Positions 52,151 through 64,000 of a stretch of 64,000 nucleotides of DNA are shown here, one piece after another. The position numbers were made by a program, and so were the translations under genes. Position 1 is the first letter of the stretch, and the number at the start of each line of letters is the position of its first letter. Under the pieces are notes generated by a model. The model did not search any database. It saw only the letters and a program-made list of their open reading frames with translations, and was not told the origin of the DNA. Origin of the DNA: Octopus sinensis (taxonomy: Eukaryota); the NCBI RefSeq assembly GCF_006345805.1, contig NC_042999.1, positions 142,786,001 to 142,850,000 on the forward strand. Reading direction: 5' to 3'.

Positions 52151-53956
52151 CAGAGTGGATTGGTAGAATCTTTATATTAAACAAAATGCCTTACAGTATT
52201 TGTTCCAAATGTTTGCATTTCAAGTTCAAATCCCACTGAAGTCAGCTTTACTTTCAGGGCCAATAAAATAAAGTTTCAAGGTCAATGGTATCAACTAATC
52301 ACTTCTCCTAGAAATTATTGGCTTTGTGTCTAAATCAGAAACCAACTGTGGATTTTGTATTTTTAATTGATCGTTTAAAAGATACGCCAAGAGTTTCCTT
52401 TTATGGGACAAGAATTTGGCTCATTCCAGAGAAAATGCATAAAAGTGTTAGAGTTAAAGATTACATTTGTGATTAATGAACATGCTGAAGATTAACAAGA
52501 ACATTCAATAGAAAGCGTAGAAAATATTCAGGAATATCGGTGTTGTTCAATGTGAATAAATACATTGCCCTAACAATGTTAATATATCCTAGTATTACTT
52601 CTTTCTGGAACATGCTTATGTCTCTCTTTATTGGTAATTGGTCTATGTACTCACAGAAATGAGTGTGTTTTTCTCTAGTCATGTCCTTTACCAAACAGAT
52701 GACAAAGCACATTTCTTAACTATTAAAATTTTTTTTTTCATTTTAACGTAGTTTCTTAGTTTTGTAGCCTGCTTGTGCTTAACATTATGGTTATTTGGTT
52801 ATGCTAACTAGATGCTATTGTCATTTTGTCAAGGAGAATGATGTCAGGTTTATGTGCTGATTTAACAGCCTGTATATTTACTAAAGCTCTTTGGTATTAT
52901 TTTTGCATCATCATTTTCTGAAGCAAGTTAAAGTTCATTTGAAAACCAGAGAATCATTTTGTTTTTCTCTGTAGTCAATAGTTAGTAGTCAATAGATAGT
53001 GCAGCTTTGTAATGTTTTATCTTCAAATATTTTTTGTCAAAGCTATTGTGAACATCCTGATGCAATGTGATGAATTGTCTCAGGAAATACTCCACAATGT
53101 AACATTTGTCATCTTCATTACATGTATGACATCACCACTGAAATATTTTCCTTTCACTATATCTAATAGTGATTGTTATACCTCTGTTGTAAATGTTATT
53201 ACTTCTGCTGTTCCATTCAAGCTGTAATAGTGCATCCAAAGATAATCTTTTATCGATGTATCCTGTAAAAGGCTAATCCTGGTTGATGCCATTAGTTTGA
53301 CTGTTTTTGCTGCTGTGTTAGATCCAGGCTTCAGCTGTTTGAAATTTCAACCAATTTTTTTACAGGGATTTTGTTGTTACAAATAGAATCAATTTGCTGC
53401 TTTCCCATTATAGTCAACAAGGGCATGTAAGATGTCGTGAGTTAGAAAGGTAGTGACAACATAAATGACTGCTCTTTGACTCTCAGTAATCCCCTGTGAT
53501 GTGTTGTTGCTGGGTGTCTGATTTTGCAGTATGGGATTATTATTTTCTTTTTAATATATTTATCACATTACTGTTTATGAACATTAGTTTTATTGTAATT
53601 CAGTACAATACCACAGACCTATACACTGTAACTGACATTGGTGATAATGGTACACAACATCAACATGTTCTTGCTGTTGAGTTTTTAATATCTTTCAATT
53701 GGTCATGCATTTATTTTTCATTCTCATTTGGACACGTTTTACACAAATAGTTTATTGTCATTTGTGTTCAGATATTTGTAGAATGTACATTTTTGTTCAG
53801 CTCCATTATTTTTCCCTCCTTGGAATTCCAAGTCATCTACTCTTTGATCAGTTTGCCTTGCTGTTTTTTCCATTTCTCCAGTTGAGTGCTGGGGTCAATG
53901 TAATCAACTATCACCCTCCTCAAAATTTCAGGCTTTGTACCTATAGTAAAAGGGCT

Positions 53957-54380
53957 TATTATTATTATTGAGTGAGAGAGTAGTGCATGCCATCAAAGTG
54001 ACATGAGATATAAATATACTAAACCCAATATACTTATCATGACTACCCCTCTGATAAGAGTACATTAGGCACATTCATCACAACCATATGTGCACGACAT
54101 GGTGATCTCATTTTCAAGATAAACAGTGTGTGACCTTGCAGATGGAACCCAGTTAGAATTTTCTTCAGGTCGGGTAGCCCATCTTGCTCAAAAGGTCCCT
54201 GAATAAGGGTTGTTTAAGGATGATGAATATTTCCAGGAGTGAATTATTCAAACTCTAAAGAATTCCTTTCATCACATGGCTGTGATACTTTCCCACTACT
54301 CCTGCTTGTGATCAGAGATGCACATATCATCAGTTACTGAGGGACATGCTCAACTGGTTGAAGTCAAGCAACTAACAAGC
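53957..54380 (-). mobile_element. Non-LTR element 3' region with an (AAT)n tail
   Basis: (TTA)n followed by GAGTGAGAGAGTAGTGCATGCCATCAAAGTGAC. The clade is not determined. Confidence 0.4.
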
Positions 54381-55457
54381 ATGAGTAAGATGATGGGGTT
54401 TGATTGAATTCATTGCATCTCTCCTGAAATATGTTGTCGTCATGTATCTAAATTTGAAACCACTTTATTATTCATTTTGTACTGGCATGAGTGGGATGGG
54501 TTTTGTGAATTTAGAAATTGTGTAAATTTAGAATGTGTAAATCTTATATAGTAAGTTGTGTAACAACTGGTATTTATTTTCCAGCTTTTAATCAAGTTGG
54601 AGTGGTGCCTGTTAGTCAGACAACATGAGCCCAGCTAAGTTATAGATCTGACCTAGGAGCATATTGCAAATGCTAGTGACTATGTACTTTAATGTTGCAG
54701 CCATGCTGTCTGTATTCATTTTTTACTTCTACTACTCCTTAAGATATTGAATAACTTCTATGTCATGAGTTCAAATGATACTCTGCCTATTTGTATAATA
54801 TTTATATGCAAGCTGTGCTATTCTGCATATATCATTTGAGGTGAAACAAAACAAGGTTTTGCTCCCATACTGCCATTAATTTAACTGTCTTCACAGTCCA
54901 ACCACTTCTCCAAAATAAGGCCTAAATCAATAGTTATTGATGTACAATACAGTCACTATTGAACTATTTAGTTAATAAGACCTAACCTACTAAAGTTGAA
55001 TAATGGATGGGAGGGGGGAAGAAGTGATTTCTCTCTCTCCTCTCCTTTCTCCTCATATTCTCTCTCTTTTTCAACAAATAAGCTTTTGATTTGTGAAACA
55101 AATTGTTGAACAGTAATACATTAGTCATATAACCAGTGAGTATTACCTTCTAGTAACTCAAAACCAACTAATAAAAAGAAATCATATACTTTGGTTTGCT
55201 AAGGCTATTATGACTACAGTCTTGGCTATTTCCCATTATGTGTCAGCTGTAATGTTTCCGCAATCTGCCATAATTTATCACTCTATTGACAACAGTATCA
55301 TAATATATATTTATATATATATATATATATATATATACTAGGTGTGTTCCATGATATCACATACTCAACTTCTTTCCTCTCAATGAATTGTGTTACTTTC
55401 TTTGTCTCCTTCTCCTCTTCAGATTCTTCACTGATTAAATATTCTTTCTTTTTCTAG

Positions 55458-55576
55458 GACTCAGTGTCCTCTACTTCATGTTGTTGGTGTTCCTCTTGTT
55501 CCAGAACCCACATGATGCACGTGTAATTTTAGGTTGGCTTTACCATGACTTGAAAAACGGTACACCTGATGAAAAG
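55458..55576 (+). CDS. PTDSS1: PTDSS1 coding exon 4
   Basis: TTTCTAG|GA-LSVLYFMLLVFLLFQNPHDARVILGWLYHDLKNGTPDEK|GTAAGA; 119 nt. Confidence 0.93.
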
Positions 55577-55630
55577 GTAAGAATAGAAGTAGCCAGATTC
55601 TTTGGCTTTGTGGCATTGTGTAGATGGTCC

Positions 55631-55867
55631 TTAACCCTTTAGCATTGAGATTACTCTGTCAAATGTAATGCTTATTTATTCACATTGTTTTTGAATTAAT
55701 CATTCAAGGTATTAATGATGTGATTGGTTTTTTTTCTTTTCTTTTTTTTTAGAATGTCATTGTAGTATAGGTGTGAGAGGCTGGATCTGGCCTGTTTAAT
55801 CATGAAACGGGTTGAAATATTTGGGTCAGATAGGGCAATATGGTTGGTTTAATACTAAAGGATTGAA
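55631..55867. mobile_element. piggyBac-like MITE, decayed
   Basis: Left end TTAA-CCCTTTAGCATT; right end AATACTAAAGGATTGAA. Confidence 0.55.
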
Positions 55868-57606
55868 TGTATTCAATTTGGTTAATTCTTTTTAAGTTAA
55901 GACAGTGGATTGTAACTTTGAACATAAACTCTTCAGTTTCTTTACACACACTGGTTGTCTGTGGGAATTGTATGCCAGGGACATAGTTTTCATATCTGAG
56001 TCTATGAAAAGAGTTTAATTGTGGAGGTAATCTAGATTTGAAAGGTCACTTCAGTGAAGACAAAAGTTTGGGCAGGAAAGAAACCATTGCTACTGTCTTC
56101 AAAGTAAGCATGTTCAACATGCAGGAATTCTATACTCTGTATCAGATGTATAGAAGTAGTTAGCAGGAACAGCCACCTAAGAAATAAAATCTTTTAACTT
56201 TTCAGGCGACCAACTAGAAGTAGCTAATAGCTTTTCTGATTTAATCATAAATGAAAGCCAATGTAAAAAGCTGCTGAGACAAGTTCAGGGAGCTATTCCT
56301 TCTGTTGGCAACAAAAGACTTCTCTCTCCAAAGTCAGATTCTAATATAATGCTTATGTATGAAGTATGATATTGCAAGGTCATCAGAAATAGGCCCTGAA
56401 TATCAAGGATTTGTAAATGCTTGATAGAAATCAGACAAGCAAGCTCACCCAAGTGTAATGTTGATATGCATGAGTTGGGGAGCATGAGTGTGTTGATAGA
56501 AACTTAACATTGAAAATAACTGTAGTGTACAAAACAGAAGACTACTACAGATATGTGATGCATGTGAAAATGCTAGTTGTGTGAAAAAGTATCAAATAAC
56601 GAAGTAAATGAGCATACAGAAGGGGAAGATGTAAAGAGCAGTGAGGTCTGATCTTAACATATTAGGCTTCTGAAAGGAGATGATGAGGGGCTGCAGCAAT
56701 TGGCAAGGTGCTATACTGAAACTAGTTCATATATATATATATATATATATATACATCCAGGCCTATTTCCCCATTTGTTTAGAAGTGGGTAGCCACAATA
56801 AGACACACACACCAGACATTCCATTGATTTCCCAGCTCAAAAAGGCAAGCCCCATTCTGTTCTTGGGTCAAGGCATAGAACGCAGCCCCCTATATCAGCA
56901 GTGGGACCTGACAGCATATGCTGGTTCCGTACCCATTTGAGCAACATCAAATTCACTCATCCGTCCACAAACACTCTAAGCTTTCCTATCATTTATAAAC
57001 TCTCTTGCCTCTCTCACTCCAACAAGACAAGAAAAACTAGTTCATACTAGCATAGAAAAGCAGATATAAAAATGATATTGCTGAATAAATTATAATTAGT
57101 ATTCAAATGTCTTTATTAGCCTTGCAGGCCTGCTGTCCTCTGTAGATCTATCATAAATAAAGTATGTGTGTGTGTGTGTCTCTGTGCGTGCGCATGTGTG
57201 TGTGTGTGTGTGCACATTTAGTGTTATATGTTTGTGAACATGCAAAAGTATAGTTTCATTTATCAAGTCAGCAGTCAATATGTAGACCAATTCCTTTTGG
57301 CTGCAGGACTGGAAGTAATTTATACCTGATATATTCAGCATCATCATCATCATTTAACATCCACCTTCCATGCTGGCATGGATTGGATGGTTTGACAGGA
57401 GCCTGCACCAGACTTCTGTTTTAGCAGGGTTTTTATAGCTGGATGCCCTTCCTAACAACAATGAATATATATAGTGTTGTCATCCTGTATAATACTGTCA
57501 CATTTCCATGCTCATATGAGTTGGAGGGAAATACCTTGATAAAAATATATTTAAAAAGAAATTACTTAAGGCAGATACTGATAAAGATTATTTCTTCTAA
57601 AAACAG

Positions 57607-57765
57607 GAATATGCTGTTAACTGTTCGGATATCAGTTGGGGTCGGCTGTATGAGCATGTGGACTTTTTCGCCTTTTCCCATTTTTTTGGTTGGGCTCTGA
57701 AAGCACTCCTCATCCGGCATTATGGAATTCTTTGGACAATCAGCATCTTGTGGGAAGTTACTGAG
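57607..57765 (+). CDS. PTDSS1: PTDSS1 coding exon 5
   Basis: AACAG|[53 protein letters not shown]|GTAAGT; 159 nt; catalytic His and WExxE present. Confidence 0.96.
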
Positions 57766-57910
57766 GTAAGTTGATTATTTAAGTACTACAAAATGTTTTT
57801 GTTTTTTTTTTCTGGTTGTTTGTTTTCCATTGTAAACCTCTCTGGTCATGATACTTCTACATTATCTAAGCAAGATCTTTTTTGCTTCTTTGTCTTTGCT
57901 TACATCTCTA

Positions 57911-57973
<63 letters not shown>

Positions 57974-58404
57974 TGATTAAATAGAATATCTGTTTGTGCT
58001 GATGAAGAAGCAGTCATGAATCATGTTGATTGATGTTCTGTTAACTACTAAAGCAGCAGGAATTTTGAAGTAACTGTACTGGTATAAATAGATATTTACT
58101 GGATGATGATACACCAGAAATGGTGGTGGAAAGTATCTACCATGAAGGAAAACTTTATAGGACACTGTTAAAAGTCAGATTTGAAACTGCTGAATATCAG
58201 ATAATGATTAAAGTTGAAAATATTATATGGAATTGATAATGGTAGCTATTGAGAAAACCAAATAAGTATTATTATAGTCTGTGTGTGTTACTATAGCAGT
58301 TGTAAAGGTAAAATACTTTTGTCAAAAAATGACATTGTATGTATGAAATAAATTGTCAACCATTTTGTCATTCTTCAAACAAATGTTCCCATTTCTCCTA
58401 CTAG

Positions 58405-58556
58405 GCAGCATTTGTACATCTTCTCCCCAATTTCGCTGAATGTTGGTGGGATGCTCTGGTTTTGGATGTGTTAGTTTGTAACGGATTTGGTATTTACCTT
58501 GGTATGCTGGTTTGTCAAAAACTGGAGATGAGAACATATTACTGGGAGAGTATCAA
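58405..58556 (+). CDS. PTDSS1: PTDSS1 coding exon 6
   Basis: CTAG|[52 protein letters not shown]|GTAAGT; 152 nt. Confidence 0.96.
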
Positions 58557-58992
58557 GTAAGTAAATTCATTGCTTCACTGCAACCTATTCTATTTATAAT
58601 TTCATTCACATTTAAGATGTGTTATAGAAATGTAAATTTACTTAAAATTTAACTGATACCTTATTTTTGTCCTTTGTTTCATTTTAAAAATTATTTTAAT
58701 TAATGTTAAAAGAAGTACAATGATTTGTAAGAATAACTTTGACTCAGTTTACTTAGCTGTGTGAACAGCTGATCCAAAAGTAAAACCTCTCAATCAAGAT
58801 GACACGCAATTGATATGATCAATAAAATATTATATAAAATTAACTAACCTATATCAACATACAAAAATAGATACCAAAGCAATGATTACTATAATTATTA
58901 CAGTGCTAAAATAATGTAGGGGTTGCATGTTCATTGACAAAGATTATTTTACATACATGTACATTTATATCCTGATTGTTTCTGTTTCACAG

Positions 58993-59052
58993 AGATATCC
59001 ATTCCACCACTGGAAAAATACGCCGAGCAGTTCTACAGTTTACACCATCCAG
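58993..59052 (+). CDS. PTDSS1: PTDSS1 coding exon 7
   Basis: TTCACAG|A-DIHSTTGKIRRAVLQFTPS-AG|GTAAGT; 60 nt. Confidence 0.95.
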
Positions 59053-59300
59053 GTAAGTTTACCTGATTATTGATATATATACTGAAAGTCTACATCTATT
59101 GACAGTTTTGTGACAAATGCTTTAAACATCTTTCCATTGTCATTTTAATTAATGCACAACCCTCAAGCTAGATGGTCACTTTAATGTCTGTTTTCCATGC
59201 TGACATAGGTTGCATGGTTTGACAGGACCCAGCATGTCACAGGGCTGCACCAAGCTCCAGTGTTAGCTTTAACATGTTTTTACAGCTGGATGCCCTTCCT

Positions 59301-59880
59301 AATAATAATAATAATAATGAAATTATTGTATACAGTGCTCAGGTGCACCACAACTTGTCAGAAAGTGCATATAAAGTACATGCAGTAATGTAGAAATGTC
59401 TGGAAAGTGAACATGCTTGTGTGTGTATCAAGTGTAGTGTTGGCGAATCTCAGGAAGCATGGAAGTTTTGAAGGATGCAGTGCTCCGACAACTAACACCC
59501 GATGCCGGCAGTTTGTTCCAGGCTTCAGCAACTCTCAGCGTGAAAAAATGTTTCCTGAAGTCATGGGAGCTGTGCTGTTTTTTTACTTTGTAAATATGTC
59601 CACGGGTGTTAGATGGGTGGAGTTTGAAGAGGTGCTCAGAGTTATTGTTTGTGCGATGGTTGATAATTTTATGGGTGTCTGCCAAGTCAGCTGCCAGACG
59701 TCGGAGTCTCAATGTGTCCATGCCCAGGGAAGCAAGGCGTTCAGGATATGGCAAATGCCTGATGGAGGGTATTCTTTTGGTTGCACGTCGCTGAACAGCT
59801 TCCAGACGATTGATGTCCTGGGCAAGATAGGGGTTCCAGACCGGTGATGCAAATTCCAGGTGAGGTCTTACCATAGCTAT
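59301..59880 (-). mobile_element. CR1-group LINE 3' fragment with an (ATT)n tail in intron 7
   Basis: VRPHLEFASPVWNPY, RLEAVQRRATK, LRLRRLAADL, NTRGHIYK and FFTLRVAEAWNKLP motifs; CpGs retained. Confidence 0.9.
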
Positions 59881-60892
59881 ATAAAGCTACCTTACAGTGT
59901 ATACTGGTTTTTTTTTTCTTTTTGGTTCCACTGGTTGCCAAGTAAGTTGTAAGACAAGAAAAGAACAGGAAAGTGGAATCCCCCCCCATGACTAAATGGT
60001 GGGGGGTGTATTAGGAGGTGGGAGAGGTACCTTTATAACAGGTGCTGATAGGCTAAAGTATGATAGAGAAAAAGGACAGGTATCTTGCTATACAGGAGAT
60101 ACATGGTTAGTGGTAATAATTGGGAAGATGGTTGTGGTGGTGCCCTCAAATTATTTGTTAATTCAAAATAAAATGTTAGGTGTGCTGGAATACTCAGTCA
60201 AGTTATGTATGTGCAATGGCTCAACTAGTGAAATAAATCAAGTTGTGTTAATGATGTACTGCTGACTAAATTAATGGAAAGGGGTTATATAAATCTGACT
60301 TCTATTAACATGATGGTATTGCCATATTAATGTTGTAGCAGGTTTGAAGGATAATTCCTGTTGTGCACAAGATAAAAAATATTAAACATCAATAATTCTC
60401 CCTTGGGTTCATTTGTTTTGTTATAAAAAAAATGATTAACTTGAGAGTATTTTTGCAAGGCATGCACTCAGTTAAATATTGCTTGAAGTTGGGTTTATTT
60501 CTTAATTATGAACTGTAATTTGGTATTATATACCAGTCATAATTTAATCTGCAGCAAGCACCATCTAAAATATGTAAATGTTAAAACACACCAAATATAG
60601 CTGGAGATGATGATGATGACAGCTTTCATAAGTATGTCTACATATTTGTATAATTGTGAGACAGCAGAATGTTAGTTTAAATGAGTTGAAATCATCAATA
60701 AGAAAAAGCTGTTGTAATAGGGAAGACACAGCTTAGAAATATCCCACCAATAGGAGTGTGTTGGTGAAAGCAGGTTTGTCTGTCAGATACATGGCCTATT
60801 TCTACATTCTAATGTAATGATAAACTGAAAAATTGCCATTACTTCAATTTTTCTCAGTATACTTATATTTATTCTGTTTTTTATTTTGTCAG

Positions 60893-60974
60893 CTGGACTC
60901 ATGTGCGATGGCTTGATCCCAATTCCTCCTACATGAGAGTGTTGGCTGTAGGTATTTTAGTTGTTATATGGCAG
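60893..60974 (+). CDS. PTDSS1: PTDSS1 coding exon 8
   Basis: TTTGTCAG|C-WTHVRWLDPNSSYMRVLAVGILVVIWQ|GTAAGT; 82 nt. Confidence 0.95.
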
Positions 60975-61539
60975 GTAAGTTGTATGTGTAACATTTCTAT
61001 ATATGTTGTCAGGCTTAATGACTTGCAGTATTTTTGCTATGTATCTCTTACATTTTAAGTTTAAACCTTGGTAGTGTGTTGTTTTTTGTTTTTCACCTTT
61101 CTGGAGTTAATAAAATTTGTACAAGTCATGTATTGCATTTGATTTGAGTGAATGATTGACATTGCTTTCTTACATCAGCTTAAGGCAACAGATTGAAGGA
61201 TTGAAAATAAGACATACATGTATTTCTCAGGATCATTAGATATAAGTGGAGTGAAATGGCTATAACTGAGAAGTGAAACATTAGTGATTAGTTATTTTCT
61301 ATCGTTCCACACAGAAACTTAGTAAAGCTAATGTAGAATTATATTTACCTCCTATTATAATGGGAGAAATGATAGTCCAAATTGACTTCATTATTATAAA
61401 GCTTCTAGTTAAGGTAGAGGTATTCAGTTAGATGATTCAAGTTGCCTATACTTCAGCTACCTTCTGTCTACCTTTCTGCTATTATTTACTGTACACATAT
61501 TTTTTTCTATTTGCTGAATCTGGACTGTGCCCATGATCT

Positions 61540-61794
61540 TTGGCTCCCATGCTGGTGGCACATAAAATGCATCATTCGAGTATGATTGATGCCAGTGCTG
61601 TCTGACTGGCTCCCATGCTGGTGGCCTGTAAAAACCACCTACTACACTCTCAGAGTGGTTGACATTAGGAAGGGCATTCAGCTGTAGAAACCTGGCCAGA
61701 TCAGATTCGAGTCTGGTGCAGCCTCCTTGCTTGCCAGTCCTCAGTCAAACTGTCCAATCCATGCCAGCATGGAAAGTGGACGTTAAATGATGAT
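61540..61794 (+). mobile_element. RTE-related non-autonomous element
   Basis: GGTTGACATTAGGAAGGGCATTCAGCTGTAGAAAC core; GGACGTTAAATGATGAT tail. Confidence 0.75.
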
Positions 61795-62245
61795 AATTTA
61801 ATGTCCATGTTTTGTGCAGTATGAGTCATCTGCATAAATTAGTGGTTCAAAAAATTGTTGTGAACAATACTGCACTGTCTTGGACAATCAGCTATAAATT
61901 TTATATTATCTCAAGGCTAAATGTTCTCCATAAGTTAATACAGAGCAGTAGAGATTTCAATTTAGTATTGACTTACTCTTAAGTGAATTCTCAACCAAGG
62001 TTGAGAGAGACCCTTTAGCTGAAATAAATGTATATACACTTATGCATAGTGGTTGTGAACTTAAGATGCTGGTTTATTGACTGTGTTTATAAGTTCAAAT
62101 CTAACTGCTGTTGTTCACCTTATACAAAGTGAATAACTCTACTTTCTCCATTTTTCCTGACTCTCCTCTTCACACTCTTACTTCATACAAGAATGTAAAG
62201 GTTATATTTGGTTATATTTTGTAAAATTTTTATATTCAATTTCAG

Positions 62246-62358
62246 GTTGCAGAATTGAATCTGTTCTTCCTAAAACACATATTTATGATTCCCCCTGCAC
62301 ATCCAGTCAATGTGATACGCACTGTGCTTATTGCACTTGTTTCTGCACCAGCAATTAG
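62246..62358 (+). CDS. PTDSS1: PTDSS1 coding exon 9
   Basis: TTTCAG|VAELNLFFLKHIFMIPPAHPVNVIRTVLIALVSAPAI-AG|GTGAGT; 113 nt. Confidence 0.95.
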
Positions 62359-62875
62359 GTGAGTTTACTTTGAGTCTCAGAACTAGAATGGAGCCAGCAA
62401 TTATGGATGTTAAACATTGGTTTGTAATAGTGTGTGCATGCATGTGCACATATGTGTGCATCAACATCAGTTTTGGTACAGTACTTTCATGATATGCTGT
62501 CTATTCCTTCTTTATAGTTGTGGTCACATGACAGTTTTATTTATATTTTGCCAGTAGCAATTACAGAATACTAATTATATTGTCATCATACAGCATATGG
62601 TGCCTTCTATTATGTTTATATATGCACAAAATAAATTACCTCATGGCTGTATAGTTGAATATGTAATTTTGCACTTTTTATCAGATCATCGCCATAGCAG
62701 GATGTTTAAAAAGTTTCCAAGTTTAATTCAGAGTATATTGGGCCTATTTTTCTGGTTTTCTCTTATAAGTTCAGATCCTTATGAGATGAAACCTGGGTTT
62801 GCAACCATATTAATAATAAACAAACAAAATAGATACAGTTAAAAAAGAAAGATTTCTAAATATATATATTTAGTA

Positions 62876-63174
62876 GCCGGTGGCACATAAAAAGCACCAT
62901 CTGAACGTGGCCGATGCCAGCGCCGCCTTGACTGGCTTTCGTGCCGGTGGTACGTAAAATGCACCAATCCTATCGTGGCCGTTGCCAGCCTCGCCTGGCA
63001 CGTAAAAAGCACCCACTACACTCACAGAGTGGTTGACGTTAGGAAGGGCATCCAGCTGTAGAAACACTGCCAGATCAGACTGGAGCCTGGTGCAGCCTTC
63101 TGGCTTCCCAGATCCCCGGTCGAACCGTCCAACCCATGCTAGCATGGAGAACAGACATTAAACGATGATGATGA
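62876..63174 (+). mobile_element. RTE-related non-autonomous element, CpG-retaining (young)
   Basis: Same family as 34860 and 61540, but with many intact CpGs. Confidence 0.8.
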
Positions 63175-63796
63175 TAATAAAATAGTAGTATAAAAAAAAA
63201 TTTTTTTTTAAAGTTACGATGATCTGCTTCAAATGACAGAGAAAAATATGTAAGCAATTATCTCTCATCATGAAAGGATCTGCTTAAAACATTGGCTGTT
63301 TAAAGCTAATTTGTTAATATTCAGGAATACAAAAGAATTCAGTTTTCTTTCAGTTGAGTAACTTAAACCACTTTGAGCACTACCTGTGTCTAAAATTTTT
63401 CCATTTTGTATAGCTTCCAGAATGTTTACTTTCCTGGAGGTATATGTGCCACCTTCCTCTAACTTTGCTTTTAGACTTAGATTTCCCATTTTCTGGTTTT
63501 TGTCTTCCACTCTCTAAGAATCACTATTGTGGTTAGTTTTTTTTTCCCTCTTCATGTTTCAAGTATTATCTCAGTATTTTTATGATTCTTATTTTCTTTT
63601 ACATATATACCTGTCTTCTTTTCCTCTTTCTCTCTCTCTCCTCCCAACTTACACACAATCTTTCTCACAATTTTCCCTAAAATATTTTAGTTGTATCATC
63701 CTTATGAAATATAGTTTTGTTAAGATGATAATTCATACTACATTTACCAGTTCTTGTCCCATTTTAATCCTCAATAGGATATTGTTCCATAAATGA

Positions 63797-63916
<120 letters not shown>

Positions 63917-64000
63917 TAAGTGTACTTTAACATTCTGATTCTTGTGTAACATTTTCATAAGGTCAGCCCAATATCATTATTTTGTATTCGTTTTTGCCTT

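Noticed and set aside
59930-60170. Minus-strand HLVMGGDSTF resembling an APE endonuclease GDFN motif next to the CR1 fragment
   Set aside because: Too degenerate to call, and not contiguous with the RT C-terminal fragment.

Overview
AT-rich, repeat-dense eukaryotic DNA whose SINE, RTE, Helitron and Penelope repeat families suggest an octopod cephalopod (inference). The main gene is a plus-strand phosphatidylserine synthase 1 (PTDSS1) orthologue. Ten coding exons (14252-63915) join in frame through GT-AG introns, intron 1 is 33.8 kb long and holds a 4.4 kb (TA/TG) compound satellite, and the gene continues past the window end. The first ~14 kb is CpG-rich and packed with mobile elements: a 5'-truncated CR1-type LINE with an open RT frame, two Helitrons, hAT and Merlin-like MITEs, and Penelope-type remnants with hammerhead ribozyme motifs. 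It also holds an unclassified ~950 bp hairpin-rich two-ORF cassette and a candidate bidirectional promoter at ~6.5-6.75 kb. CpG is lost from ~17-20 kb onward, consistent with gene-body methylation. The best leads are the hammerhead with an extended stem II (8081-8195), the unclassified cassette (4731-5690), the X-box/ETS/CRE promoter module present twice, and several near-perfect intronic hairpins. No database searches were possible, so repeat family names come from motif recognition.
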